A DNA stretch of 56,091 nucleotides, counting the filler, from Dirinaria sp. TL-2023a (lineage: Eukaryota): NCBI GenBank assembly GCA_051941275.1. It is 4 parts of 4 records of this genome, joined end to end, with 100 filler letters (N's around TTAATTAATTAA, not from the genome) between each part and the next. Parts side by side here need not be neighbours in the genome. Positions count along the whole stretch, not along the records: positions 28,107 to 42,050 come from JAVEBF010000637.1; positions 42,151 to 56,091 come from JAVEBF010000638.1; 2 more parts are not named here. One strand, 5' to 3'. Shown here piece after piece: positions 34,026-44,148 of this stretch. Every line of letters starts with the position of its first letter. The stretch's first letter is position 1. The position numbers and the translations under genes are program-made. Below the pieces are notes generated by a model. That model did no database searches. It saw nothing but the letters and a program-made list of their open reading frames with translations, and was not told where the DNA came from.

Positions 34026-36470
34026 CAATGACTGGAAAGGGGCACGCTGTGGCTGGGTCACATTGTTGATGACCCTATGTAAACGTATTCCATAAATTAG
34101 AGAAGAGAGAAACAAAAACGCATGCTGGACATCGAGATAGAGGAACAAGGCCAGGGAGGTACGATCGAACCCAAGCCCACCAGCAGGCTTGAAGCCATTC
34201 TGGTACATGTTTAGGGAAGGCACATGTCGGACGACTGTGCTCGGCAGCAAACCATGCTCTGCTAAAGCAGACATCAGCGAGCGTTATTACCGTTTAAGAC
34301 GTCGGTCACAAAAGACTTCCCCTTAGCATTTTGATCGATGGGTATTGTCTACACACTGGCAGAAGATTCTGGGAAGGCTGGCGTGCTCAAAACATAGGGG
34401 CACCCACGCTTGCAGTACTTGCGATAACGTGGCCTCAGCGACTAGATAGCAGATAGCCTACCTTATGCTTGATGAGCCTCATATGTGACACATCAAACCA
34501 CCCTAAGTAGGCTGTGAGAAGACCGAGTCACCAAAATCCACCGCCTGTGGACGGGGTATGAAGACCGAAATCGCCTCCTGCATGGAGTAGCGGCTATTTC
34601 TTCTGTCCATTGTGCCTAATGGGATGGTCTGATAATGTTTACGACCGACCACCCCGAGGTTACACATGTCATTTACCACAATCTCGACCAGAGGGAAGCT
34701 GTTCGCTATTGAACAAATGGGGACATTGTGCCGATGTGTTCCTAATGTAATGAGATCGCAGGCTACAGACTAGGCACCACTACTGCTCAGCGCTTCGCAG
34801 ACGACGATATAGCATCCGGTTTGCACAATTTGGAATGGCGGAAGAGCGGCAAAAAGCTGGAGCCGGCACGTCCTGTGTTCGCATGGCGTCAGATACCTCT
34901 TGCTCCCGCGCTTTCGTGGGCCCACCCGCAGTAGGTATGCTCCGAGTCGATCAGCGGATGAGATGCACAGTGGATGCAGGACCGTTGGGACGAGATCAGA
35001 CTGGCTCTGACGCCTGCTATTGGCTGCGGTGGGTGCGCCTGGTCTTATGCCCTTGGCGCATACGTCTGTTGGTACTTGGGAGAGCCAACTTTTGCGAGCC
35101 ACCAAGGTAGCCATACAATCGGTGATGACAGCAGAAGACATCATGCAGCAGATGATGGGAAAGTGAGATGGATGACGGAAAATCTGGTGTACATGTCCAT
35201 TCTGAGTTGGGCGCGGCTAAGATGTGCGCTCTGGCTGAGAGACGAACCCCTCTTGCACGCACGTTCATGGGCAGCCGACTGGGATTCAAACGGGCACTTT
35301 CCTCTTTACGATGCTTCTTCCCTGACCTTCCCCTCGATGTCCCAAGAAACTCCTCAGATCTTACCTTAAGGTAAGACTCTCTTCTCGATCTAAAGCCTCG
35401 ATAAGGATTCCCCGGAATACCTGGAATCGTTGGGTCTGTGCACAAAGGTATGCAATCAACCGACAGGTATCGGGGATTTAATGATGCACATTGGGAGACC
35501 ACAGCCTTGGACGAGGATCAGCCTGTCTGACTGCAGCGCTGTACTGACAGAACATCTGGTAGGAATCAGCACTTTGACCTGCCTAATGTCAGGTACGCAG
35601 GTCGCAGCAGAAAGGCGATGAAGATGCCAATCGGAATCTGATGGACCCTTAGACAGCATTGCTAGTGGTGGATGTCTCAGAACTTGTGGAGATGTTATGC
35701 ATGGCGCAGGGAAACCGTGCAGCATGCAGATTTGATAATAGAAAGTGACCATTCAGGCACCGGAGCGCAGTGCTCCCTCTGTAACTAAAAAGAAGCTTAG
35801 TCGGAGCAGACGGAAAAAGCCTCATTCTCCGGGTGATGTTGCCGTAGATATGGAAGTCGTGCCGTCCTGACCAATGAGTTTGGGCAACGGGCCCCTTTTG
35901 CATACCAGGCAGTCGAAGATTGGGGATGCGGCAGCGCCAAACGGGTGTTCGAAAAGCAGTCATGAATCGGACATTTCCTCTCGGGACGTGGCCAGCCACC
36001 ACTGCGCCTTCACCAGAGATAAAATGTTTCCCCACACTGGGACCGTACCGAGTTGCTCCTCGAAAGTACACCTGAGTGGTGAGTGGCTCCAGCAGGCTGC
36101 AAGGTAGGCTAGACATGTCCAAAGGCCAAATGGGCAGCACTATGTGGGGGTTGTTTGTGCTCACTGTCAGTACCAGAGGGATGGGACAGCTGCATCTGCC
36201 GTTGAGCTCCAAAATTGCGAACATTCCGCAGACCTTGCTTTGTGGGGGCTGCGTTCTACCAAATATGCTAGGCGTTGGGTAGCCTGAGGGCTACAAGGCT
36301 GAATAGCGAGAAAGATATAAGACTGGCGGCTAGGGATGAGTTGCTGATCTTTACTCTGAAGACATACGACTGCGATAGTATCTCTGGAATCAGTGTGAGC
36401 TTCGCTTGCGATTCATGTGAGCATCCCAAGGGTTACCTAACCAAGCTTTGCTTGCTAATACCATTTAGCA

Positions 36471-37916
36471 ATGTCGAACTTCTCCCTTAACGCTATAAGT
36501 GGCGCAACGGCAGATCATTCAGCAATGGACGTTGACGGCGCCGGACTTGCTGCGATCTTGGATCAAGGCTGGACGGACGCAGACTTTGCCAACCCCATAT
36601 ACAGCCAGCAGGACGCTTCGATGAGCTCGGGCTTCTCTTGCGGTAGCCTTACAAGCGGAAGCTTGACGCCTCAGTCATCGACATCGGCTTCGACTTCACG
36701 CAGACACTCCCTGGTCTCTTCAGCACCAAAATCTTTGTCATTTCTCCCTCCGTCTGCAACTCAATCCAAGCGACTTACGGCCCAGAGGACACCTGTCGCT
36801 TACGACACCTTGTATCAAGGATTCGGAGCGCCGGTTGAATACCTTTGTTCGACACCAGATCCTCAATCCGTGGAGATACCCTACCCGATGGAGTTCGAAC
36901 AATCTAGCGCATCCGGGAAGTTGCAGATGGCTCTGGCTCTGGGTCAGCCCGGCAGCATGGAAGGAGGGCCGTACTCCATGTACAACCAAGATAACTTGTT
37001 CACCCCCCAGTCTGGCTTCGAAAGTGAGGAAAGTATAGCCCCGGCTATACTTCTAAGTCAGTATAGCCATTATGCACGAGATCAGCGATCACACCAGGCC
37101 CACCCAAGCTTGCCTGCGATGGGCGGAACTACTACGAAACAACATTTAGACGCACCACAAACGGTCGCACCCGCTCAGACAACATACACGGCGCCTAGAA
37201 CACCATCGCCGACCCTCGCTGAGCCATTCGTTTCGCCAATAAAACATTCGCTGGCACGTTCGCCACTTAAAGAAGGCGCAGACTTCATAGGTGCACTGGA
37301 CAATTTCGAATGCCTCGACAACGCGTTAGAGAGCCCCGGGAGCATGAATTCGTATGGGTCGGAACAGTCACGTACCTTGTCGGGAACGAAGTTCGAAGAG
37401 AACGAGGAGCAAACCACCATTTCCAACAGCGTCCCAAGCCAGACCTTTGCGGCTTCCACTGACAAGAAGCGGGCATCGAAGCATCGAATATGTCGAAGGA
37501 ACCACGTGGGGAGACGAGCTCCAGGGTATACTGTAAGAAAGGCACAAAGGCACATGCCAGGCCCAATCCGGTACGAGCCTGAGCCGCAGAACATTTGCCC
37601 TTACTGCGAAGATAGGAAGGCTTTCAAACGCCCCGAGCACTTAAATCGACACATCAAAAAGCACATGCCTGGAGAATTCGAGCCCTGTATAATAGAAGAG
37701 TGCAAGAAACAAATTTGCCGCGATCGAAAAGATAACATGTGGCAGCATATCAAAAATACACATCTATATCCTGGAGTTGGCCCGGATGGAAATGAGCCGA
37801 AGAAAGGGAAGAAGAACCTCTTCCTAACAATCGAAGAGGCAAAAAAGCGTGGTTTTGGAGATATAGACCCCCGGACGAACCCCCCCAAAGACAAATCGAT
37901 CAAGCAGGAAAGATAG
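36471..37916 (+). CDS. C2H2 zinc-finger transcription factor (two C-terminal fingers)
   Basis: 481-aa single coding exon with an S/T/P-rich N-terminus. Fingers CPYC..FKRPEHLNRHIKKH and CIIEEC..RKDNMWQHIKNTH; basic NLS-like segments. Possible 5'-UTR intron 36395-36468. Confidence 0.85.
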   Translation: MSNFSLNAISGATADHSAMDVDGAGLAAILDQGWTDADFANPIYSQQDASMSSGFSCGSLTSGSLTPQSSTSASTSRRHSLVSSAPKSLSFLPPSATQSKRLTAQRTPVAYDTLYQGFGAPVEYLCSTPDPQSVEIPYPMEFEQSSASGKLQMALALGQPGSMEGGPYSMYNQDNLFTPQSGFESEESIAPAILLSQYSHYARDQRSHQAHPSLPAMGGTTTKQHLDAPQTVAPAQTTYTAPRTPSPTLAEPFVSPIKHSLARSPLKEGADFIGALDNFECLDNALESPGSMNSYGSEQSRTLSGTKFEENEEQTTISNSVPSQTFAASTDKKRASKHRICRRNHVGRRAPGYTVRKAQRHMPGPIRYEPEPQNICPYCEDRKAFKRPEHLNRHIKKHMPGEFEPCIIEECKKQICRDRKDNMWQHIKNTHLYPGVGPDGNEPKKGKKNLFLTIEEAKKRGFGDIDPRTNPPKDKSIKQER

Positions 37917-38076
37917 GGCGGAATCAGCATATACGACGGTGACGGCGATCGATGAGCGATGAGCAAGAGAAATGCGCATGAGTTAAGCATAAGTCAGCAT
38001 TTGTGTATGTTTTTTTGATGTACCTAGCTCCTTTAGTTGCCATTCCACCCCCGCAAATGCCATCTCGGTAATCCTC

Positions 38077-39282
38077 TCAGGCCTCTTCGTCTCCATGATC
38101 GCAGCAGCAGCACGACATGATCTTCTTCTTGCACCAGACCAGGGTCCCTTGTTCCTTTTCTCCCTCCGTAGCTTCTGGCCGAGTGCTTATCGTGGCGGCC
38201 ATAGAAGAGCTGCGCGACGCCCTCCTTGGCGAGGGGTTATTGAGGGTAGGAGACGGCGTTGGTGTGCCATTTCGTTGGCCGTCGATGGTGCCTGCATCGA
38301 TATTGCTCGTTGCATCATCAGCAACAAGGGTGGACTCCATATTCTCGGAGCTACTAGCACCCGTTTCAACACCTTCAACGGACCCTTCGTTCGGAATTGG
38401 CTGGTGGGTCTGCGTGTCTACATACGAACTCGTGGTTATGGAGCTCGCAGCGCTCCCGTAGACGGAGTTCTCGCTTGAAGTCATTATCACGTTTCCGGGT
38501 CTTTGGATCTGACGAGGAACTAGTACTGCTTGCTTCTTGTACTTGAGACTTGTCAGTAACGATCAAATGCAATATGAATGCCGCTTACTCCAAGGCCACT
38601 CGTGTCTGTTGAAGTGCCAATAAATATGCGGGGCCGGTTGGTTTGATCGGAGATAGCAAGTTGACTGTCAAAGCTTGATCTGGATGATCGTAGCAAGAGT
38701 GGAGAAGGTAATCTTCCGTCGGTCACACTTGAATGTCTGCCTAAGAAGAATGGCAACCGTGGATCTTGCGATCTTGAAAATCTTGACGGTAATGATCCTA
38801 CAGGCTTCCGGATGATCTGAGAGGTTAGATTGTGTGGTGCATTGGGTATCGAGCACACTCCTACCTTGTTGTCTTTGAATGATATTGACGCTCTTTTCGG
38901 CAATATCTTGCTGAGCTCAGGAGGAGATGTAGCTTCTGGGGTCAGTGATCAATAGTTTGTGGCATATTGATAAGCGACATTGCCACTACTGACCACTTTC
39001 AAGATGTCTCACGCTCGGACTCCGGTGCAAGTCTGCTTTCTCTGTGATCTTGACATTGGGAGGAGCGTGTGCTGTTGGCTTAGGCTCGAAAGGAGGGTCT
39101 GTACCGTTGCTAGTCTTGGTAGATGAAGGAGTTGACGCTGCTTGATGTTGAATAAAGCTACTTGTTGGTTCTTGCAAAGCTAATGAATCTTGAGCAAGTG
39201 GTTGTTGGTTTTGAGTAGTAGCACACTGCTCAGCAGGTTGTTGATGCAATTCGGGTGACGAATTGTGGGTTTGGGGCTCCAT
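38077..39282 (-). CDS. Orphan low-complexity protein (~350 aa, 4 exons) ending WCKKKIMSCCCCDHGDEEA
   Basis: Exons 39282-38994, 38935-38865, 38816-38589, 38541-38077 join in frame through three GT-AG introns, each with a CTGAC/CTAAC branch site. Confidence 0.7.
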
Positions 39283-39317
39283 GATCGCTAGCGCGTCGGT
39301 TCAATGATCTTCGCTAG

Positions 39318-40010
39318 ATGGCCGCAGATTGCAAGCACCAAATTCAATCACAAGCTGCCTTTGCTTTCTCTCATCCCCCAATCATAAACTTAGTGGGATC
39401 GTATAAGAAGCAAGTGAATACCAGCCGCTTCCCAACTTGTGTAGCTGACTTCCTTTCCAGGTCATCTGCCAAGTGCAATGACAGCAGTCATCGAGTTTTG
39501 CCAGCTGTCCATGTTCGTTCCACGCTGCTTGTGGCAGGCGTCTCCAGGTTCTCCGTCGAGATAATTTCTATCGAACACTAGCGGTCTGTTGAGTTGAATC
39601 CTGTAACAGTGCTGACAACTGGATAGAGGTTGATTGCAAATACCTTGACTCAGAACAACCGGAACTGGACACAGCTGAGTTAAACTCAGGATCCGTTCTA
39701 CTTCCCGCTGGTTTGGGATCTTAATTATCCAACTTTGCTGGATGAATTCCTCATATGGGTTGTGACAGAACTGGTTGCAAAGATCTTTTCAGAAGGGCTC
39801 TCTGTCTCTATATTTCTATGAGAACTTCAATCGAGTCTTGGATATGCTCCATCTACCAAGTCATACCCTCGCGTTGCCGGTATAGCTGTCGGAGCAATTG
39901 AAGAAGCTCAAGAAGTTGACTGCTATTGAGCAGCCAGTTGCAGGCACACTTGGCGCAACCCAGTCATAAGTGGGTTCCAGGATTCGAAGATAGCAATAGT
40001 TCAGGCCGCA
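39318..40010 (+). pseudogene. Possible decayed gene (weak BTB/POZ-like impression)
   Basis: Protein-like fragments (FSHPPIINLVGS; AMTAVIEFCQLSMF; FYFPLVWDLNYPTLLDEFLIWVVTELVAKIF; LSEQLKKLKK) flanked by GCTGAC...AG acceptors but broken by stops and frameshifts. Confidence 0.3.
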
Positions 40011-41125
40011 AGAAGCAGATCCAGAAGAGGCACAGGCTCAATCCACTCAGAATCTAGCCAAAGAAGTCTTCGGGTACAAAAGATCTAGCAACAGGGGTTC
40101 TTGTCGTTTTGGAAGCGAAGGAGCTAGGTTGCAACGAGTGGCCATGAACGCCGATGGGGCGTTTAGGCTGGTTGATAATACTCAGCTTTCAACCTGTTTG
40201 CGACGGTCCCAGGTATAATCCTATCTCGGCTATGCCAAGGAATTGTTCAAGAATAATAGCAAAAGTAACACAGGAAACACCTCAATCGAGGCCAAAAGAA
40301 GCAGTTTCTGCGAATGGTATCGATAGGGAACAAGATACTCCAGGCTTCCCCCAGTTCGACGCTGCTACGTCGGCTTGGAAAGAGATAAAAGATGGGGCCA
40401 ATACGTGGTCGTCGAAAGAAAGAGGAGTCAAGGGCGGCACTGGGCTTTTGTATGAGCATTGAAGCGGAAATCAAATGAAGAAAGGAAGGACCATCCTACC
40501 TCGACAGGGGAGCAACCGCTGGCATGGCAAGCACATTCTCGTTGGAGACCTACCGAATCAGGCCCGTTTCCCAGCGTACAGCACCCAGTGTTGTTGAATG
40601 TAAGGAGCACCGAGGATTCTTTCTCAAGCGTCCAAAATGGCTGCTGTTCGGCCTACAAGGGTATATAGTTACACCGCGGATTCAACAGCCACACTCGAAA
40701 CGCGTGAGCCCGCCATATCAACACGCCTGGCGGCATGCCTCTGCCAGTGCTATTACATGGCGTAGGGAGAGCAGTGCTCCTTCTTCACTCCAGCGAGCTC
40801 CTACATTGAAGAGGAGTATCTGGGCAAGAAGGACCTAGCTGCCTCGAGGTTGTCACAAAGCATGAAGGAGCTGTCAATTGCATAGAGCTGAGGTTGTGCG
40901 GGAGACCGGGATCTACACTGCTCTTTCCCCGACGCTAGCATTTAACGAGCCTTGGCATTGGGTCTACTTTACTTCAATTGAGGACTTGGGTTTTCATTTT
41001 CAGGACTTTGACGCCCTCCCTCTACGTGCCTCATGTACGGGCCTCATGTACATATCGCTCTATGAATTCCCATATCATCTGTAGCAGCTACCTCTCCATC
41101 CGCGATCAGTCTCCTGCGATCCGCC

Positions 41126-42050
41126 ATGCCCTCCTCAACAACCGTTCCCGATCCCACCCTTCTCGACTCCGACTCCCATGACTCAGACTTCGCGGCGTCC
41201 CCGTCTGCATCGGATACCGAAGCCTCAACATCCAGCGAGGGCGAAGGCAGAGCTCGCGTAAAGCGGAAACGAACGGGTGGCGACGATGCTCTAGCGAGTG
41301 GTGACGAAGGCATCGTAGAGAGCGGAAAGCGAAAGAAGAGGCGGAAACATAAGAAGAAGGGTAAATCCAAAGAGAGCAAGACACTAGAGCAGGAAGGGGA
41401 GGATGACGAGAGCGATGAGGGGGTGGGAGCGAGGTTGAGGAGGCGTAGGGACTGGAAGGCCGAGGGGTGAGACTACCTATGCTAAGGAGGCGAGCATTGT
41501 AGCGCAACGCATACAGAGATCGGTAAGCTGGCACCTTACGGATGTATGTACTTGTTCTGATAACTCGGCGCTGACCGAGCTCCTAGGGTTGGAACGAAGC
41601 ATAAGAAGGCTAATACTGAAACAGTAGGGCATCAAAGAAAAAGACCTCTGATGTTAGCATGGCCCCCAATATCGACATCGACGCCATATGGGCACGAATG
41701 AATAGCGCACCATCTGCGAAACCTATCCCGATGCCTCCCCCAGACTCGCGTTCTCCACGCAATGAAGAAGCACAAACAGAGCAGAAAGATAACACAACCA
41801 ACGAAACAAACACGCGCCACGGATCAAGCGCAGCACTACCTCCTACCTCCCCTGCAAACGACATGATCAGCATCAAAAGAACCTACACCTTCGCCGGAAC
41901 CACCACCGTCGAAGAAAAGCTAGTCCCCAAAGACTCCGCCGAAGCCCGCGAATACCTCTCCTCCTCTCAACCATCCATCCCCCCAAAACCAGGTTCAAAA
42001 CCAAATCCCAACCCCAACGATCCAGCTCCCCGACCCAATCTCCGTCGCCC
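41126..42050 (+). CDS. SWC5: SWR1-complex subunit Swc5 (BCNT family), truncated by the contig end
   Basis: Acidic/basic N-terminus (DSDF, LASGDE), intron 41467-41624/41627, then DIDAIWARMN and MISIKRTYTFAGTTTVEEKLVPKDSAEAREY. The BCNT C-terminal domain lies beyond the linker. Confidence 0.82.
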
Positions 42051-42150
42051 NNNNNNNNNNNNNNNNNNNNNNNNNNNNNNNNNNNNNNNNNNNNTTAATT
42101 AATTAANNNNNNNNNNNNNNNNNNNNNNNNNNNNNNNNNNNNNNNNNNNN
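42051..42150. other. Artificial contig-joining linker
   Basis: N44-TTAATTAATTAA-N44. Confidence 0.97.
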
Positions 42151-42190
42151 CTGGAGGCGGTAGCAGTGCTTGTGCCCTCCGTAGCAAAAC

Positions 42191-43704
42191 ATGGCAGCCA
42201 CCGGATTTAAAGCGAAATTAGCTCACCCAATACATGCCGAGAAGCGAAACAGTCGTCTTCAGGTCAATGAAGAGCAACGAGAGAAGGAGAAGCGGTTCGT
42301 TCTGGATTACGAGAAGCATTCATCATGTGCCGAACCCGACAAAAACCATCTCGACATCAAACGTACTGTACTCGGCACCGCATCCAAGCAGTTAAGAATC
42401 CAGGATTTTGAGCTCGTCAAAACTTTAGGCACTGGTATGTGATCCCACAGGCTCTATATTGCCTGATTCAACCTCTGGAGCTAACCATCGATGTCGCCTA
42501 GGTACGTTTGCGCGTGTCTGGTTAGCACGATTCCGCGGTCAAACCTCAGAATGCCGAAGCAAGGTTTTCGCTCTCAAAATCCTCCGCAAGGTCGATAGTA
42601 TGTGCTTTCTACTCAGCAGAGAGTGTGGATCCCACTAATATGCGAATACAGTCATCCGGCTAAAGCAAATCGAGCATATTCGCAATGAACGCAACACTCT
42701 TTCTACTGTTGCAGGACATCCGTTCATTACGACAATGATTACCAGCTTTTCGGACCGAGAGTGTTTATACATGATAGTACGTCTTGACCTGCTCTGAATC
42801 CCTGCAGTGTCGCTGACTTCAACCAGCTTGACTATTGTCCTGGTGGTGAAATCTTTACCTATCTACGAAGGGCCAAGCAATTCGATCCCAAAACCGCTTT
42901 ATTTTACGCCGCAGAGATGGTGCTCATCATTGAGTTCCTTCACGATGTCAAGGGTATCGCGTATCGTGACATGAAGCCGGAGAATATCCTTCTCGACGTT
43001 GAGGGCCACGTCAAGCTGGTTGACTTTGGATTTGCCAAAAATCTGGGTAGAAGTAGGCACACATTGTTGGCAAGACTCAACACGATCGAGTTAACAGCGG
43101 TGCAGAAGAGACATATACATTGTGCGGTACACCAGAATACTTGGCCCCAGAAGTGATTAGAAACTCAGGTGGGCATTCTCGAATCTCTTTTGGGCACCAT
43201 TCGACTAACGAGTCCAACTTCAGGCCATGGTATGGCTGTGGACTGGTGGGCATTGGGAATACTTATCTTCGAATTCATAGTCGGACAGCCACCGTTCTGG
43301 GACAAGAACCCAATGAAGATTTATGAACAGTAGGCCGCTCTTTGGCAGATGGCCTTGATGATTACTAATATAGAATGACTAGGATTTGCGGCGGCAAGAT
43401 CCGCTTCCCTGAGTCTATGGACTCCGATGCTCGGGATCTCATTACTGGCCTCTGCCGCGTGAATCCTGGCCAACGATTGGGGAATCTGACGAACGGAACT
43501 GCTGATGTCAAGAATCATCCTTACTTCAAGTCAATTGACTGGCATGCAGTGTATCAACGCAAGACCAAAGGTCCCATCATCCCTGAAATCAAAAGCGCAA
43601 CAGATACCAGCTGCTTCGACGAATATGATCCGGCGCCAGAAAGCAAAAGTGTTTACACTGCTGATATGGCCTCGAAATACGACAAGGAGTTCAAGGATTT
43701 TTAA
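42191..43704 (+). CDS. pkaC2: cAMP-dependent protein kinase catalytic subunit, secondary isoform (PkaC2/PkaB type), 7 exons
   Basis: DFELVKTLGTGTFARVWL, FALKILRK, LKQIEHIRNER, YRDMKPENILLD, DFGFAK, TYTLCGTPEYLAPE, VDWWALG and AGC tail ending FKDF. Six GT-AG introns restore the frame. Confidence 0.92.
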
Positions 43705-44148
43705 TTGCTTGAGATGCCGCACACAAGGCAGAACAGGGTTTGCGCTTGCCATGGCCAGAAGAGGCTTTGGTAATGATGTACTTAGGCTGTGCATAGTGGA
43801 TACAAGGCTTGCTTCGAATACAGCGCTTAGCGCAAGGATTGCGAAACCAAGCTACCTGCGCATTCTTTCCAATGAATGTTACCATCACAGTACAATAGCT
43901 TTGCGCAAACTCTGCTTTTTCTTTCACATTGCTTAAGGTATCTAGCAGTCGCTGTCGCATTGGCCAAGGCAATCTTACATAAGATATGCCAAGGGTCAAA
44001 AGGATCATCAAACTCGATTGTTCCAAGCTAGTCCCGATCCGTTCGCCTTTGTAACCCTGGACAGCGACCCCGTCCGAGGGTCGCTCATGTTATCCAAGAA
44101 ATCACTATCCTCGTGCTGGTCGCGTACTCCTACAATTACTATCATAAG

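Noticed and set aside
34770..36282. Several 100-190 aa ORFs upstream of the C2H2 gene
   Set aside because: They overlap on both strands, have random-looking composition and no motifs; most likely promoter or leader sequence.
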